Source of the DNA: Ostreococcus lucimarinus
Lineage: Eukaryota
Direction: 5' to 3' (one strand)
Assembly: GCA_000092065.1 (NCBI GenBank)
Contig: CP000583.1
DNA length: 64,000 nt
How positions within the stretch are numbered: position 1 is the first letter of the stretch; each line of letters begins with the position of its first letter. Positions 38,948 to 48,286 of the stretch are shown piece by piece. Under the pieces are notes generated by a model. It searched no databases, was not told the DNA's origin, and saw only the letters and a program-made list of their open reading frames with translations. Position numbers and translations under genes: made by a program.

Positions 38948-39676
38948 ATGAACGCGTACGACTCCATCGAACGCGGCGCTGCCGACGAGTGCGAACCTTT
39001 AACAGGACGACGACCACGGACGTTTACTCTCACGCAACTGCTCGTCGCGTGCGGCGCCGTGTGCGTCTGTGCGATCGGGGCGACGATGTTCGTGAACACT
39101 CACGCTCAACTGGCCGACGCTGGTTATGGTGGCGACTCGATCCAATCCTCTGGTTGTCCAATTCAAGACTGGGTTGATGATTCTTTGTGCGCGGCGAGTC
39201 CGCCCGGCCTATCCGAGTCTAAAAGCCGAGGTCGCGCGCTGCTTGGCTCGCGAAACACATCAAGTGAAACATCAATTGACACATCAAGTGACACATCAAG
39301 TGAAACATCAATTGACAACACATCAAGTGACACATCAAGTGACACATCATCAGACACATCAAGTTCCAATCAAGTGTCCATTCCGTCGTGCGCAAAAATA
39401 CCGCCGCGTCCGAAATCAAGTGATTCGGTAAGCTGCAACGGCCACGGTTGGTGTCATGAAGGCACAACGGCAAGTGGCAACAAGCCACACTGCGATTGCA
39501 ACGCTGGTTATGGTGGATCTCATTGCGAAACGAAGATTCTGAACCTGGAAGACCTCAGTATCAAAGTCGCCGACATCGAGGAGGAGATGGAGAAAATGGC
39601 TGAATCCGCAGTCGAGACCATCAAACTCGAGGAGCAACCGCTGCTGCACGAGCACGGGCACGAGCATGGGGAATGA
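38948..39676 (+). CDS. Secreted/type-II membrane mucin-like protein with (SSDT/SSET)n repeats, one EGF-like Cys domain (CNGHGWCHEG...CDCNAGYGGSHC) and a His/Glu-rich C-terminus. Its codon usage is unlike the rest of the window
   Basis: Signal-anchor LLVACGAVCVCAIGATMF. The repeat region is encoded by a 12-bp tandem DNA repeat. A/T-ending codons (tca agt gac aca, gaa aca tca att) contrast with the GC3-rich neighbouring genes. Confidence 0.65.
   Translation: MNAYDSIERGAADECEPLTGRRPRTFTLTQLLVACGAVCVCAIGATMFVNTHAQLADAGYGGDSIQSSGCPIQDWVDDSLCAASPPGLSESKSRGRALLGSRNTSSETSIDTSSDTSSETSIDNTSSDTSSDTSSDTSSSNQVSIPSCAKIPPRPKSSDSVSCNGHGWCHEGTTASGNKPHCDCNAGYGGSHCETKILNLEDLSIKVADIEEEMEKMAESAVETIKLEEQPLLHEHGHEHGE
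39255..39365 (+). repeat. About 9 copies of a 12-bp coding tandem repeat (acatcaagtgac) encoding the Ser/Thr/Asp-rich mucin-like region
   Basis: Direct reading. Confidence 0.8.
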
Positions 39677-39714
39677 CACTACTGAGCGACCCACAATTTC
39701 AAGCAAATTCAAGA

Positions 39715-39834
39715 ATAATTTTCAATTTCTTAAACCCTTTTCATATATATCTTATATATATTTCTTGTCGAGTTTTCTGCGCATTTACCGTGATTTAGAG
39801 CTATGCGTTCGAAACTCGCGAATGCGTTTTGTCC
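39715..39834. repeat. Right copy of the dispersed repeat pair: segment B (39715..39735) then segment A (39752..39834)
   Basis: See the left copy. Together the two copies bracket the AT-rich gene 38948..39676. Confidence 0.85.
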
Positions 39835-39912
39835 AGCCCGCGCACGCCCGCGACTGAAATTTGAAACGTTCGCGACGACGCGCGACGCTGGCGCGAGAGC
39901 GAGACGCGCGAC

Positions 39913-40123
39913 ATGCTGCGCGCGACGCGCGGAGGGATGGCGTGCGCGTCGATGGCGCGCGCGCGGGCCGCGCGGGCCGCGACCCCGACGCCGCGATGCG
40001 TCGCGGCGGCGGCGTTCGGACGCGGACGCGCGGGCGCGGGGAAGGCGATGACGGTGCGCTTCGGCGTCGGGGCGACGCGCCGAGGCGCGGCGCGAGGGAA
40101 GTCCGCGAGCGTGGGCGGTGGGA

Positions 40124-40165
<42 letters not shown>

Positions 40166-40770
40166 GCGACGGCGGTGGCGACGGCGCGGCGGGCGGCGTT
40201 CAAACGTTGTGGGCGGCGTATCTCAACGCGCTCGAAAAGAATCCGTTGGCGACGAAGTGCGCGACGAGTGGGGTGCTGAATGCGTTGGGTGATTTGTTTG
40301 CGCAGTTTTCGTTCGATGACGCCGCGAAGAAGGGGATCGATTGGCGTCGGGCGGGCGTGTTTACGTTTCTCGGCGGCGCGTTGGTTGGACCCGCGCTGCA
40401 CTTTTGGTACGGCACGCTCGGGAAGATTGTCACCGCGCAAGGCAGCGCCAAGGCGTTCATCAGCTTGGTTTTAGATCAAGGTTTGTTCGCGCCGGCGTTT
40501 TTGTGCGTGTTTTTGAGCTCGCTGTTCACGATCGAAGGCAAGGCGAGCGAAATCGTTCCCAAGCTCAAGCAAGATTTTGCGCCGACGGTGATGGCGAACT
40601 GGAACATCTGGATCCCTTTCCAGTTCTTGAATTTCCGTTTCGTTCCGCTGAACTTGCAAGTCGCTGCCGCTAACGTCGTGGCGCTGTTATGGAACACGTA
40701 CCTCTCGTGGGCGTCGCACAAGGAAGTCGTCGTCGAGACGGCGAGCAAAGGAAAGAAGAGTAAGAAGTAG
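39913..40770 (+). CDS. Mpv17/PMP22-family membrane protein with an N-terminal transit-like peptide and a poly-Gly tract
   Basis: WAAYLNALEKNPLATKCATSGVLNALGDLFAQ ... NWNIWIPFQFLNFRFVPLNLQVAAANVVALLWNTYLSW are typical of Mpv17/PMP22. A (GGC)12 run at 40126..40163 encodes G13. Confidence 0.8.
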
Positions 40771-40831
40771 TTCTGGTGGAGGTTAGTTGTTTTTAATACG
40801 ATATACACTACAAGCAAGCGAACAGATGAAA

Positions 40832-42037
40832 TCAAATCGTCGCCCCCGAACACGAAGACCCCGAGCCCGCGGTGCAGCCGAAACAATGGTTGTCCGCGAC
40901 GATGCGCGAGCCGACCAAGTCGTCGCACGAGTCGAGATCGAAAATTGTCTTCTTCTCATCGCGCACCGGCATGTCGAGTTGTTGGTTGAAGTCGCAGTCG
41001 TACAGCGTTCCATCCCAAGACACGCTGATCAGATCACGGCACATTACCCCCACCGAAGCCGCAACGTTGAAATTTTCGACGAGTAAACTCATGTACTCGC
41101 TCGTCTTGCCCTCGCGATGCAAATAATCGGCAAAGCGCTTGATGGGCATGTTCGTCAACGTGAACAATCGCGAGAATTCCACGCCCCAAGTATCTCTCAA
41201 CTCGCTGCGGTACGCCACCTCTAGGTTTTCTTGCGCCGGTGGCAAGAATGCTCCTCCAGGATTATACATGAGATCGAGCTCGAGCCCCGAGCCTTCGACC
41301 CCGTATCCGACGGCGTTCAAGTCGCGCAACGCCGCGATGGATCTTTCGAACACCCCTTTTCCTCGCTGCGCGTCCGTGTTCGCCTCGCTGTAACATGGTA
41401 ACGAAGCGACTACTTTGACCTTATTTTCTGCCAAAAACTGTGGCAAATCCTCCTGCCCCTCCTCGTACAGCACCGTCAAGTTGCACCTGTCGATGACGTC
41501 GACGCCGAGCGCCCTCGCCTCGCGAACGAGAAATCTAAACTGCTCGTGCAACTCGGGCGCCCCCCCAGTGAGATCCAACGTCTTCACGTTCGAAGAATTT
41601 TTCAGCACGCGCACCACGGCTTGCGCCGTCGCCGCATCCATCACCTCCGTCGTGCGCAACGGCGACGATTCCACGTGACAGTGCGCGCACGCCTGGTTAC
41701 AATACAACCCAATGTTTACTTGTAAAATCGTCGTCGGCTCGCGAATCAGCGCCTTCCCCCCTCGCGTCTCGAGATACGACTCGAACGACGGCACCCCGAT
41801 CGTGTCCAGCGCCCGTCGTCGTCGCGCGCGCTCTTCCTTCGTCAGCGCTTTTTGTCCGAGCGTTTCCAGCCGCGTCTTGGCTGTCTGAAACTCGTCATCC
41901 GTCGCCATTTCTGCGAGCGTTTCGTCGATGATGCTGTCGAAACGGCGCGCGACGCGCGCGGAAGTCGTCGAGAACGTCTGTTTGCGCGTCTTCGCGCGGA
42001 GCGTCGACGGCGCGACCGGCGACGCACGGGCGAGCAT
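40832..42037 (-). CDS. Radical SAM/Cys-rich-domain protein of the ArsS family (arsenosugar-biosynthesis radical SAM (seleno)protein)
   Basis: Radical-SAM CNQACAHCH cluster motif plus the family-typical C-terminal Cys-rich tail CFGCTAGSGSSCSG. TGA stop. Convergent with the Mpv17 gene, with about 60 bp between the stops. Confidence 0.8.
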   Translation of the reverse strand: MLARASPVAPSTLRAKTRKQTFSTTSARVARRFDSIIDETLAEMATDDEFQTAKTRLETLGQKALTKEERARRRRALDTIGVPSFESYLETRGGKALIREPTTILQVNIGLYCNQACAHCHVESSPLRTTEVMDAATAQAVVRVLKNSSNVKTLDLTGGAPELHEQFRFLVREARALGVDVIDRCNLTVLYEEGQEDLPQFLAENKVKVVASLPCYSEANTDAQRGKGVFERSIAALRDLNAVGYGVEGSGLELDLMYNPGGAFLPPAQENLEVAYRSELRDTWGVEFSRLFTLTNMPIKRFADYLHREGKTSEYMSLLVENFNVAASVGVMCRDLISVSWDGTLYDCDFNQQLDMPVRDEKKTIFDLDSCDDLVGSRIVADNHCFGCTAGSGSSCSGATI

Positions 42038-42080
42038 GGTGCGGAGTTGTGACGTCGAGTGACTTTTTTGAGATTACAGC

Positions 42081-44042
42081 CTACGGCGTCGAGTCGGCGA
42101 CGCGGTCGTCGTCGTACACGTCTCTAGGAGCAGTGGACACGCGCGGACCGTTTTCGAGATTGAATTTTGTCTCGAGCGAGGTCTTGACCGGGGTTTGACG
42201 GCGCTTAATGAGAGCGATTTCGGATTTGATCTCGTCGAGGCGCTGCTGCGCCGACGACGGCGTCGCCTTGCTCGCGAACGCGGCGCCAGAGCCGAGATCG
42301 GTGACGCGAGACCAACTTGCGCGGGTTTGCGTCGTCGGTGTCGACGTTGGACTACCACGAAGCGTTCGATGGAAGTCAATCGTGGCGCCGAGTTGGGTGC
42401 GCCAGGCCTCGTCGGCGCTCGAAGGCGAGGGCGTCGCCGCGAGACGACCTCGCAAGTCGTGCTTTTCTATTCTCAGACGCTGCACCTCCACGTTGGCTTC
42501 GCGCTGGGCTTGAATCGAGCGCAGCACCGAGGCTTCGGCATCGGCGGTAAAATCGGCGATGGTTTGTTTTGCCGCTTCGATTTGCGCGATTTGACGCTCG
42601 AGATCGATGCGTCGACGCCGTTCCTCGTGAAGCTCGAACTCGAGCTCTTGCTTCGCCATCAAAGCAGAATTCGCGATCGTCGCTTGTTTTTGCGCCTCAA
42701 CCGCGGCATCGCGCGCAGACGCAGTGTGTTTTGACACTTGCATCGCGTGATCTTGTACTTGTTCGGCGCACTCGAAGCGAATCTCTTCTTTTTCACGCGC
42801 CGCCGCTCGTTCGGCATCGCCAATTTTTGCCACCAAGCGCTCAACTTCACCGCTCAACCGCTTGACATCTTTTTCGAAGATTTTCGCCCGATTGATCGCA
42901 TCTGTGCGCTCTTGAAGTGCGATGGCGAGCTCTTTCGAGCTCGTGTGTTCCCGCAAGGTGACGCCATCGATCATTTGCTCCAGTTCAGCGTTACGCGCCT
43001 CCTTTGCAAAGCTCTCTTCCGTTTTCTTCAAAAGCGTCTCCGTCAACCGCACGTTTTCGTCCCTCGCCGCGCGCAAGTGCGCCAGCGTCAACCTTAAATG
43101 TTCATCTGCGGTAGATTTCGCGGAATTTATCACCGCAATCTCACGTCTGAGCTCGAGGTTTTCTTGTACTAACGCCGACTCGGACACCTCGCCGCTTCCC
43201 AACGCGGAGACTTCATTCTTAGCGTGTGCCGCCATGATCTCCGAAGTCTCGGCTCTTCGCATCGCCTTATCACGTTCTTCGCTTGCAATTTGTAAATCTT
43301 TGCGCAGAGCTTCGTTTTCTCGACCCATGACTTCCTCGAGCGAACGATAGCGTTCGAGCTTGAGTCTCTGCTCATCGTAATCGGACCGAAGCTGCGCCGC
43401 GCGTTCTTGCTGAAACTCCAAATTCTTCGTCAGATTCCGCACCTTGATCTCGTAAGACACCGTTGAGTTATCGAAATATCCCTCCTCTGTTGTTCGGCCG
43501 CTTTTTGCCGCCCCCTCGCGCGCTCTCGCCGCCTCTAATTCCGCCTCCGCCTCGCGCAACGCGTCCGAAAGCAACAGATTCTCCTCACGAAGATCCCTGA
43601 CCAACGCGCTCGACGACCCCGACGTCGACGCCGTCGGCGTCATCCTGGCATCACGATCCAATCGTGCGCGCAGACCTTCCCCCCCCCGCGCGCACATCGC
43701 CTCCACGAGCGCCTCCGCCTCGCGCGCGTCTCTCGCCCGCAACCGCATCGCCTTCGTCTCCCCCACCACCACCACCCCGAGCTCCACGTCCGCGCCTCGC
43801 GTCCGCGCGCGCGCGACGCTCGACAGCGGAAACTTCCCCAGCATCGCTCGTCGCGTTCGCGCGCCCGCGCGTCCGCGCGCGCCGTCGTCGTCGTCGATTA
43901 ATCGATCGATGCGCAACCCGCGCGCGGAGACGTCGACCCGCGCGACGACGCCGTCGCCGCGCGCGCCGTCGCCCAGGACGCGCACGTCGAACGTCGCGCT
44001 GTCGTCCTCGCCGCGCGTCGCCGCGGCGGGCATCGCGCGCGA
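42081..44042 (-). CDS. PH-like domain followed by a long myosin-tail-like coiled-coil protein
   Basis: Continuous heptad-rich E/R/A/L sequence over about 550 aa. The N-terminal FDVRVLGDG...GKFPLSS...EAEALVEAM resembles a PH fold. The track ORF extends to 45110 but the upstream part is antisense junk; the first plausible ATG (MPAAATRG) is at about 44042. Confidence 0.5.
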   Translation of the reverse strand, partial: SRAMPAAATRGEDDSATFDVRVLGDGARGDGVVARVDVSARGLRIDRLIDDDDGARGRAGARTRRAMLGKFPLSSVARARTRGADVELGVVVVGETKAMRLRARDAREAEALVEAMCARGGEGLRARLDRDARMTPTASTSGSSSALVRDLREENLLLSDALREAEAELEAARAREGAAKSGRTTEEGYFDNSTVSYEIKVRNLTKNLEFQQERAAQLRSDYDEQRLKLERYRSLEEVMGRENEALRKDLQIASEERDKAMRRAETSEIMAAHAKNEVSALGSGEVSESALVQENLELRREIAVINSAKSTADEHLRLTLAHLRAARDENVRLTETLLKKTEESFAKEARNAELEQMIDGVTLREHTSSKELAIALQERTDAINRAKIFEKDVKRLSGEVERLVAKIGDAERAAAREKEEIRFECAEQVQDHAMQVSKHTASARDAAVEAQKQATIANSALMAKQELEFELHEERRRRIDLERQIAQIEAAKQTIADFTADAEASVLRSIQAQREANVEVQRLRIEKHDLRGRLAATPSPSSADEAWRTQLGATIDFHRTLRGSPTSTPTTQTRASWSRVTDLGSGAAFASKATPSSAQQRLDEIKSEIALIKRRQTPVKTSLETKFNLENGPRVSTAPRDVYDDDRVADSTP

Positions 44043-44520
44043 GTCGCGACGCCGGCCGCGGTCGCGATGTGACGCGACCGGCACTGCACGCCGCGCGACG
44101 CCGCGCGCGCGTCGACGCCGCGACTCGCGCGGACGCGCGAGCGGTGCGCGGCGAGAGAGGGCGCGGTGCGTCGCGACCGCGCGTCTCGCGAGGGCGTCGG
44201 CGCGCGCGAGCGCGAGCGCGAGCGCGATGACGATCGGAAGCAGAGCCGTTACGGCGCGCGCGGCGAACGCGTCGGTGAATCGCGCGTCCACGTCGCGCGC
44301 GCGATGCGACGGCGCGATGGGACGGTTGAGCGCACTCGCGAACGATCGACGCGGACGCGCGAGGACGGGGCGACGGACGCGAGGGAGAGGGACGCGAGCG
44401 AGGGACGGGGACGGGGACGGGGACGACGACGAGCCGGGCGGCGACGGGTACTCCGATCGAGACCGCGCGAGCGGGCGGCGAAGCGCGAGAGAGCGGGCGA
44501 AGAGTCGGGCGGAACGCGCG

Positions 44521-45324
44521 ATGGACGAGGACGACGCGGCGATGCGAGATGCGTTCTTGGACGGGGCGGAAATATTCGCGTTGACGGCGGCGGTGGGCGT
44601 GAAGGCGCGCGCGGCGTACGTGGAACATAAGACGGCTAAAGTGGCGCAGGCGGCGGGATACGTCGAGCATTTACCCCCGAGAGCGGTGACGAGCGTTTGG
44701 GGTGACTTGCCACTGTACGTGGCCGTGGTGGCGGGGACGATTTTGCGAAGGTTGAGTCGAGCGCGGGAGGAGTCAACGGAGGGACGGCTGCAGGGCGTGC
44801 CCAGCTCGGTGAAGGCGAGGCTGGCGTTTTTGGAACAGGCGAACGACAGCGTCATGGAAGTCTCGAGGCGCACGGCGCGAGATGTTTCGCGTTTGGGCAC
44901 GCGCGTGCGGTTGACGAGACGGGAGCTGTCGCCACCACTACGAAAAGTGCAAGCCGAGTCCAAGGAAAACGCGCAAATCTTAGCCGCCGTGGCGCAACGC
45001 ATCGAACTCCTCGAGGGCGAGCTCGCGGAGGGACAATCCACCATGAGTGGACTCCACACCGTGAGCTCCAAGCAGTTCGACGTCTTGTCCAAGGCCATCG
45101 CCGATCTCAAGGCTTCTCAGATCGAGCTTCAGGCCGCGCTCGCCGAGCTCCCGGAGCGCGAGCCGCGCGTCGAGCCCGCGTCGCTCGAATCCGTGGAGTA
45201 CGAGACCGTCTCCGCGTCGCGCGACGAAGACGACGCCAGCGTCAACCACGCTCCCGCGCGCGCTGCGCTTCCTCAGCCGCGCGAGTCCGAGGCCCCGAAA
45301 CCGTCGTCGATGGACTACTTGTAA
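44521..45324 (+). CDS. Hypothetical protein with an amphipathic/coiled-coil C-terminal half
   Basis: Protein-like composition from MDEDDAAMRDAFLDGAEIFALTAAV...; head-to-head with the coiled-coil gene. The alternative ATG 44227 would add a transit-like extension. Confidence 0.4.
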   Translation: MDEDDAAMRDAFLDGAEIFALTAAVGVKARAAYVEHKTAKVAQAAGYVEHLPPRAVTSVWGDLPLYVAVVAGTILRRLSRAREESTEGRLQGVPSSVKARLAFLEQANDSVMEVSRRTARDVSRLGTRVRLTRRELSPPLRKVQAESKENAQILAAVAQRIELLEGELAEGQSTMSGLHTVSSKQFDVLSKAIADLKASQIELQAALAELPEREPRVEPASLESVEYETVSASRDEDDASVNHAPARAALPQPRESEAPKPSSMDYL

Positions 45325-45714
45325 GACACGTTTCCAGGCGCCTCGTCAGCGACAAACCCAGTGCCCTCCACACACGTCCACGCAATTCTCTAATGATCGC
45401 CACCACGAACACCATCGCGCGCCCGTGCGTCGCGCAGAGGTGCGTCGCGATGAAACAAAACGCGCGCTCGAACGCGGCTCGTCGCGCGGCGTCGCGCGAT
45501 GGACGACGCGGGCGGGACGCGCGCGGGACGACGACGACGCGGACGACGTCACCGTCGAGCCGCGCGCGCGCGCGCGCGACGCAGAGGACGCGCGCGAACG
45601 CGCGCGAACGCGCGAGCGACGAAGAAGATCGCGCGGTCGCGCCGTCGCCGCGCGTGGACGTTCGAACGGCGCGCGGGAGGCGATGGAGACGCGAGAGGGG
45701 CGACTGACGCGGAT

Positions 45715-46065
45715 ATGGTTTGTTTCGCTCGCAGGACGACGGTTCGCAAGACGCGCGCGGTTCGCGTGCACGCGGGCAAGGGACCGAACGTCGATCGCAC
45801 GACTGGTTATATTGAGAGCGATAACACGGGTAGTGGTAACATCTTTGCGATTGAGCCGCGCCAGTTGTACACGGAATCGCCGACGAGCGACAAGTACGCC
45901 AAGCAAGGTTTGGGCGGTATCGGCGGCGTCATCGTCGCGGTCGGTGTGCTCGGAGCGGTGGCGTTCGCGACGAAGGGTTTGGCCGGCTTCGAAGAAGCGA
46001 ACAATGAGTTCGCAAACTACAACGGACCGAGTGTTTCCGCGCTCGAGCAACAGTTTGAGCGTTGA
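45715..46065 (+). CDS. Small (about 116 aa) probably organelle-targeted single-TM protein (…GLGGIGGVIVAVGVLGAVAFATKGLAG…)
   Basis: Transit-like MVCFARRTTVRKTRAVRVHA, then a soluble part, then one Gly-rich TM helix. A possible upstream exon at 45393-45470 (MIATTNTIARP...) lies in another frame. Confidence 0.45.
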   Translation: MVCFARRTTVRKTRAVRVHAGKGPNVDRTTGYIESDNTGSGNIFAIEPRQLYTESPTSDKYAKQGLGGIGGVIVAVGVLGAVAFATKGLAGFEEANNEFANYNGPSVSALEQQFER

Positions 46066-46428
46066 GCGACTCGAATCCTCCGCGCCGAGCGGTGGCGCGA
46101 TTCCAAAATCAACGCCGCTCGCGCGCTTCTCTCAAATAGCCCGCGCTCGTCGATGCGATCGCCGTAAATGATTGTTTGTGATCGATGTATATGTTTTGCC
46201 ACATCAGTCGTCGCCTCGGCGCGACCATCGTCTCGCGTCTGCGTCCGCGTCCGCGTTCCGCGCGAGCGCGAGCGCCGAGTCGAGTTCGGCGCGCGCGCCG
46301 CCGCCGCCACACTGCGCGCCGCATCGCGGATGCTCGCGAGATCGCTCGCGGCGCGAAACGCCGTCGTCGTCGCGCGCCTTCACCGCGCCAGCGCGCGTCG
46401 AATCGTCGCCGCGACGACGCGAAGCGAC

Positions 46429-46911
46429 ATGTCCTCCGACGCCCGCGCCCACGGCGACGGCGTCTCCTTCGGCCCGATCGCGATCCCCGGCGCGCAGGTC
46501 TTCTACGAAACCTCTCAGACGTTCGCGCTGGTGAACCTGAAGCCCGTCGTTCCCGGGCACGTCCTCGTGTGCCCGCGGCGCTCGACGCCAAAGTTTACCG
46601 ACCTGAGCGACGAAGAGATATCGGACCTGTGGCGAACCGTCGCGGTGATTCAGCGCGCGCTCGAGCGCGAACACGACACCTCGAGCTCTACTTTAGCGAT
46701 TCAAGACGGCCCGTTGGCTGGACAAACGGTGCCACACGTGCACGTGCACGTGCTTCCGCGTCGCGTCGGCGACTTTGCCAGAAACGACGACGTGTACGAC
46801 GATTTGGAGCGATGGAACGCGGACGGGAGCAAGGCTTTGGACGACGACCGTCCACCGAGGAGCGCGGAAGAGATGCGCGCGGAGGCGGACGCGCTCAGGG
46901 CGCTGTTTTAG
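46429..46911 (+). CDS. FHIT: FHIT-type HIT-family dinucleoside triphosphate hydrolase
   Basis: FGPIAIPGAQVFYETSQTFALVNLKPVVPGHVLVCPRR plus the histidine triad HVHVHVLPR. Confidence 0.8.
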   Translation: MSSDARAHGDGVSFGPIAIPGAQVFYETSQTFALVNLKPVVPGHVLVCPRRSTPKFTDLSDEEISDLWRTVAVIQRALEREHDTSSSTLAIQDGPLAGQTVPHVHVHVLPRRVGDFARNDDVYDDLERWNADGSKALDDDRPPRSAEEMRAEADALRALF

Positions 46912-47054
46912 ACGCGAAGTGGTTCGCGTTGTAAAATATTAGTCAACCACCACCTGGCTGGTTTCATCCAGAGTCGCGCCGCACTTCGAGTCGCTCGTCG
47001 CCGATCGCCCTTCGCCCGTCATCGTCGCGAACGCCGCGCGCGCGCCGAGCGACC

Positions 47055-48098
47055 ATGCACGGCGTGTTCGACGCGCTCAAGGACGTCTTGCGCGTCGGGT
47101 ACGACGCGTCAAAGACGAAAACGGCCCTGCGATTGGCGCTCGGGCGCTTGAAACTGCTTCGTAATAAACGCGAGAGCGCGCGACGCGCGATCGAGACCGA
47201 GGTGGGAGAGATGCTGAAACAGAGTCGAGGGTTCGGGTACGACGCGGCGCGCATCCGATGCGAGACGGTGTGCCGAGAGGATGCGACGCTGAAGGGATAT
47301 GAGATTCTGGAATTGACGCTGGAGACGCTGCTCGCGCGTCTGCCGGCGGTGAGCGCGTCGAAAGCGGTGCCGGAAGAACTGCGCGAAGCGATCGCGACGG
47401 TTATTTACGCCGCAAAACGCGCGGGGACGGAGGTTCCGGAGTTGGAGACACTAAAGAAGCAGTTTGGACGCAAGTACGGACGTGAATACGTCGCGGCGTG
47501 CGAAGGCGAAGGCACGGCGAGTGCGTGCGGAGCGAATGCGACGGTGCTGGAGAGCCTGAAGGTGAAGACCGTGGACGATAATACGGTGCAGAGGCGATTA
47601 GAGGCGATTGCGGCGAAAAATGACGTCGTGATGGAGACGCCGATCGCGATCGGGGAAGAGGTAGCGATGCCCGCTTCGGAATCGAACGCGGCGTACGCGA
47701 GCGCGGCGCGGGCGGCAGCGGCGGCTGAAGCGGCGGCGCAACGCGCAGAAGCGGCGGCAGCGATAGTAGCGAGCGCATCACTGCATGCGCCGAGCGATGA
47801 TGCGACGAAAGAATTGAGCGACGCCGACGTCGAAGCCGTCATCGACGAAGTGCTCGCGATGCCAGACTTGACGGTTGAAGACGCCACTGCGAAGCCCAGC
47901 GCGCCCTCAGGCCCACCTCCGGGCGTGGGTCAACCGATCAGTGACAAGAAAGTTGAGCTCGAATCGAGCGACGCGAGCGACCCGGCCAAGCCCAAGGCTT
48001 ACCCAAAACCTTCCGCTCCCGAAGAGCAGCGCGGACCGCCAACCGCTGACGCGGACGACCTCGCCGGGCGATTCGCCGCGTTAAAAAAAGGCCCGTGA
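47055..48098 (+). CDS. IST1: IST1 homolog (ESCRT-III-like regulator of VPS4)
   Basis: N-terminal DALKDVLRVGYDASKTKTALRLALGRLKLLRNKRESARRAIETEV is the IST1/DUF292 signature. Pro-rich MIM-like C-terminus. Confidence 0.8.
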   Translation: MHGVFDALKDVLRVGYDASKTKTALRLALGRLKLLRNKRESARRAIETEVGEMLKQSRGFGYDAARIRCETVCREDATLKGYEILELTLETLLARLPAVSASKAVPEELREAIATVIYAAKRAGTEVPELETLKKQFGRKYGREYVAACEGEGTASACGANATVLESLKVKTVDDNTVQRRLEAIAAKNDVVMETPIAIGEEVAMPASESNAAYASAARAAAAAEAAAQRAEAAAAIVASASLHAPSDDATKELSDADVEAVIDEVLAMPDLTVEDATAKPSAPSGPPPGVGQPISDKKVELESSDASDPAKPKAYPKPSAPEEQRGPPTADADDLAGRFAALKKGP

Positions 48099-48286
48099 CC
48101 AGAGACAGTACCGTGTAAAACGATTAGAGCATTATTTCCACTTCCGAAAATCGCGTACCATCGCGGCAGCGCGGCATTTGCCGCACTTCTGAAGCTGCAA
48201 AGTTTAATCGATTCTCTCGCCAACGCTTTAAAAACAGCCGTGTGACGTCACACATCGGACCCGACTCGGCCTCAGACCACGCCTCG

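Noticed and set aside
40832-40834. TGA at the end of the ArsS-like gene as a possible selenocysteine codon. The family includes selenoproteins.
   Set aside because: The TGA follows ...SGATI outside any Cys/Sec motif. Read-through would add only 7 residues before a TAG, and no SECIS-like structure was evident nearby. It is treated as a plain stop.
43651-45110. The N-terminal 350 aa of the 1009-aa minus-strand ORF, and the minus-strand ORF 43651..44670.
   Set aside because: They are Ser/Cys/Thr- and Arg-rich antisense-type composition overlapping a better plus-strand gene (44521..45324). The coiled-coil gene is truncated to start near 44042.
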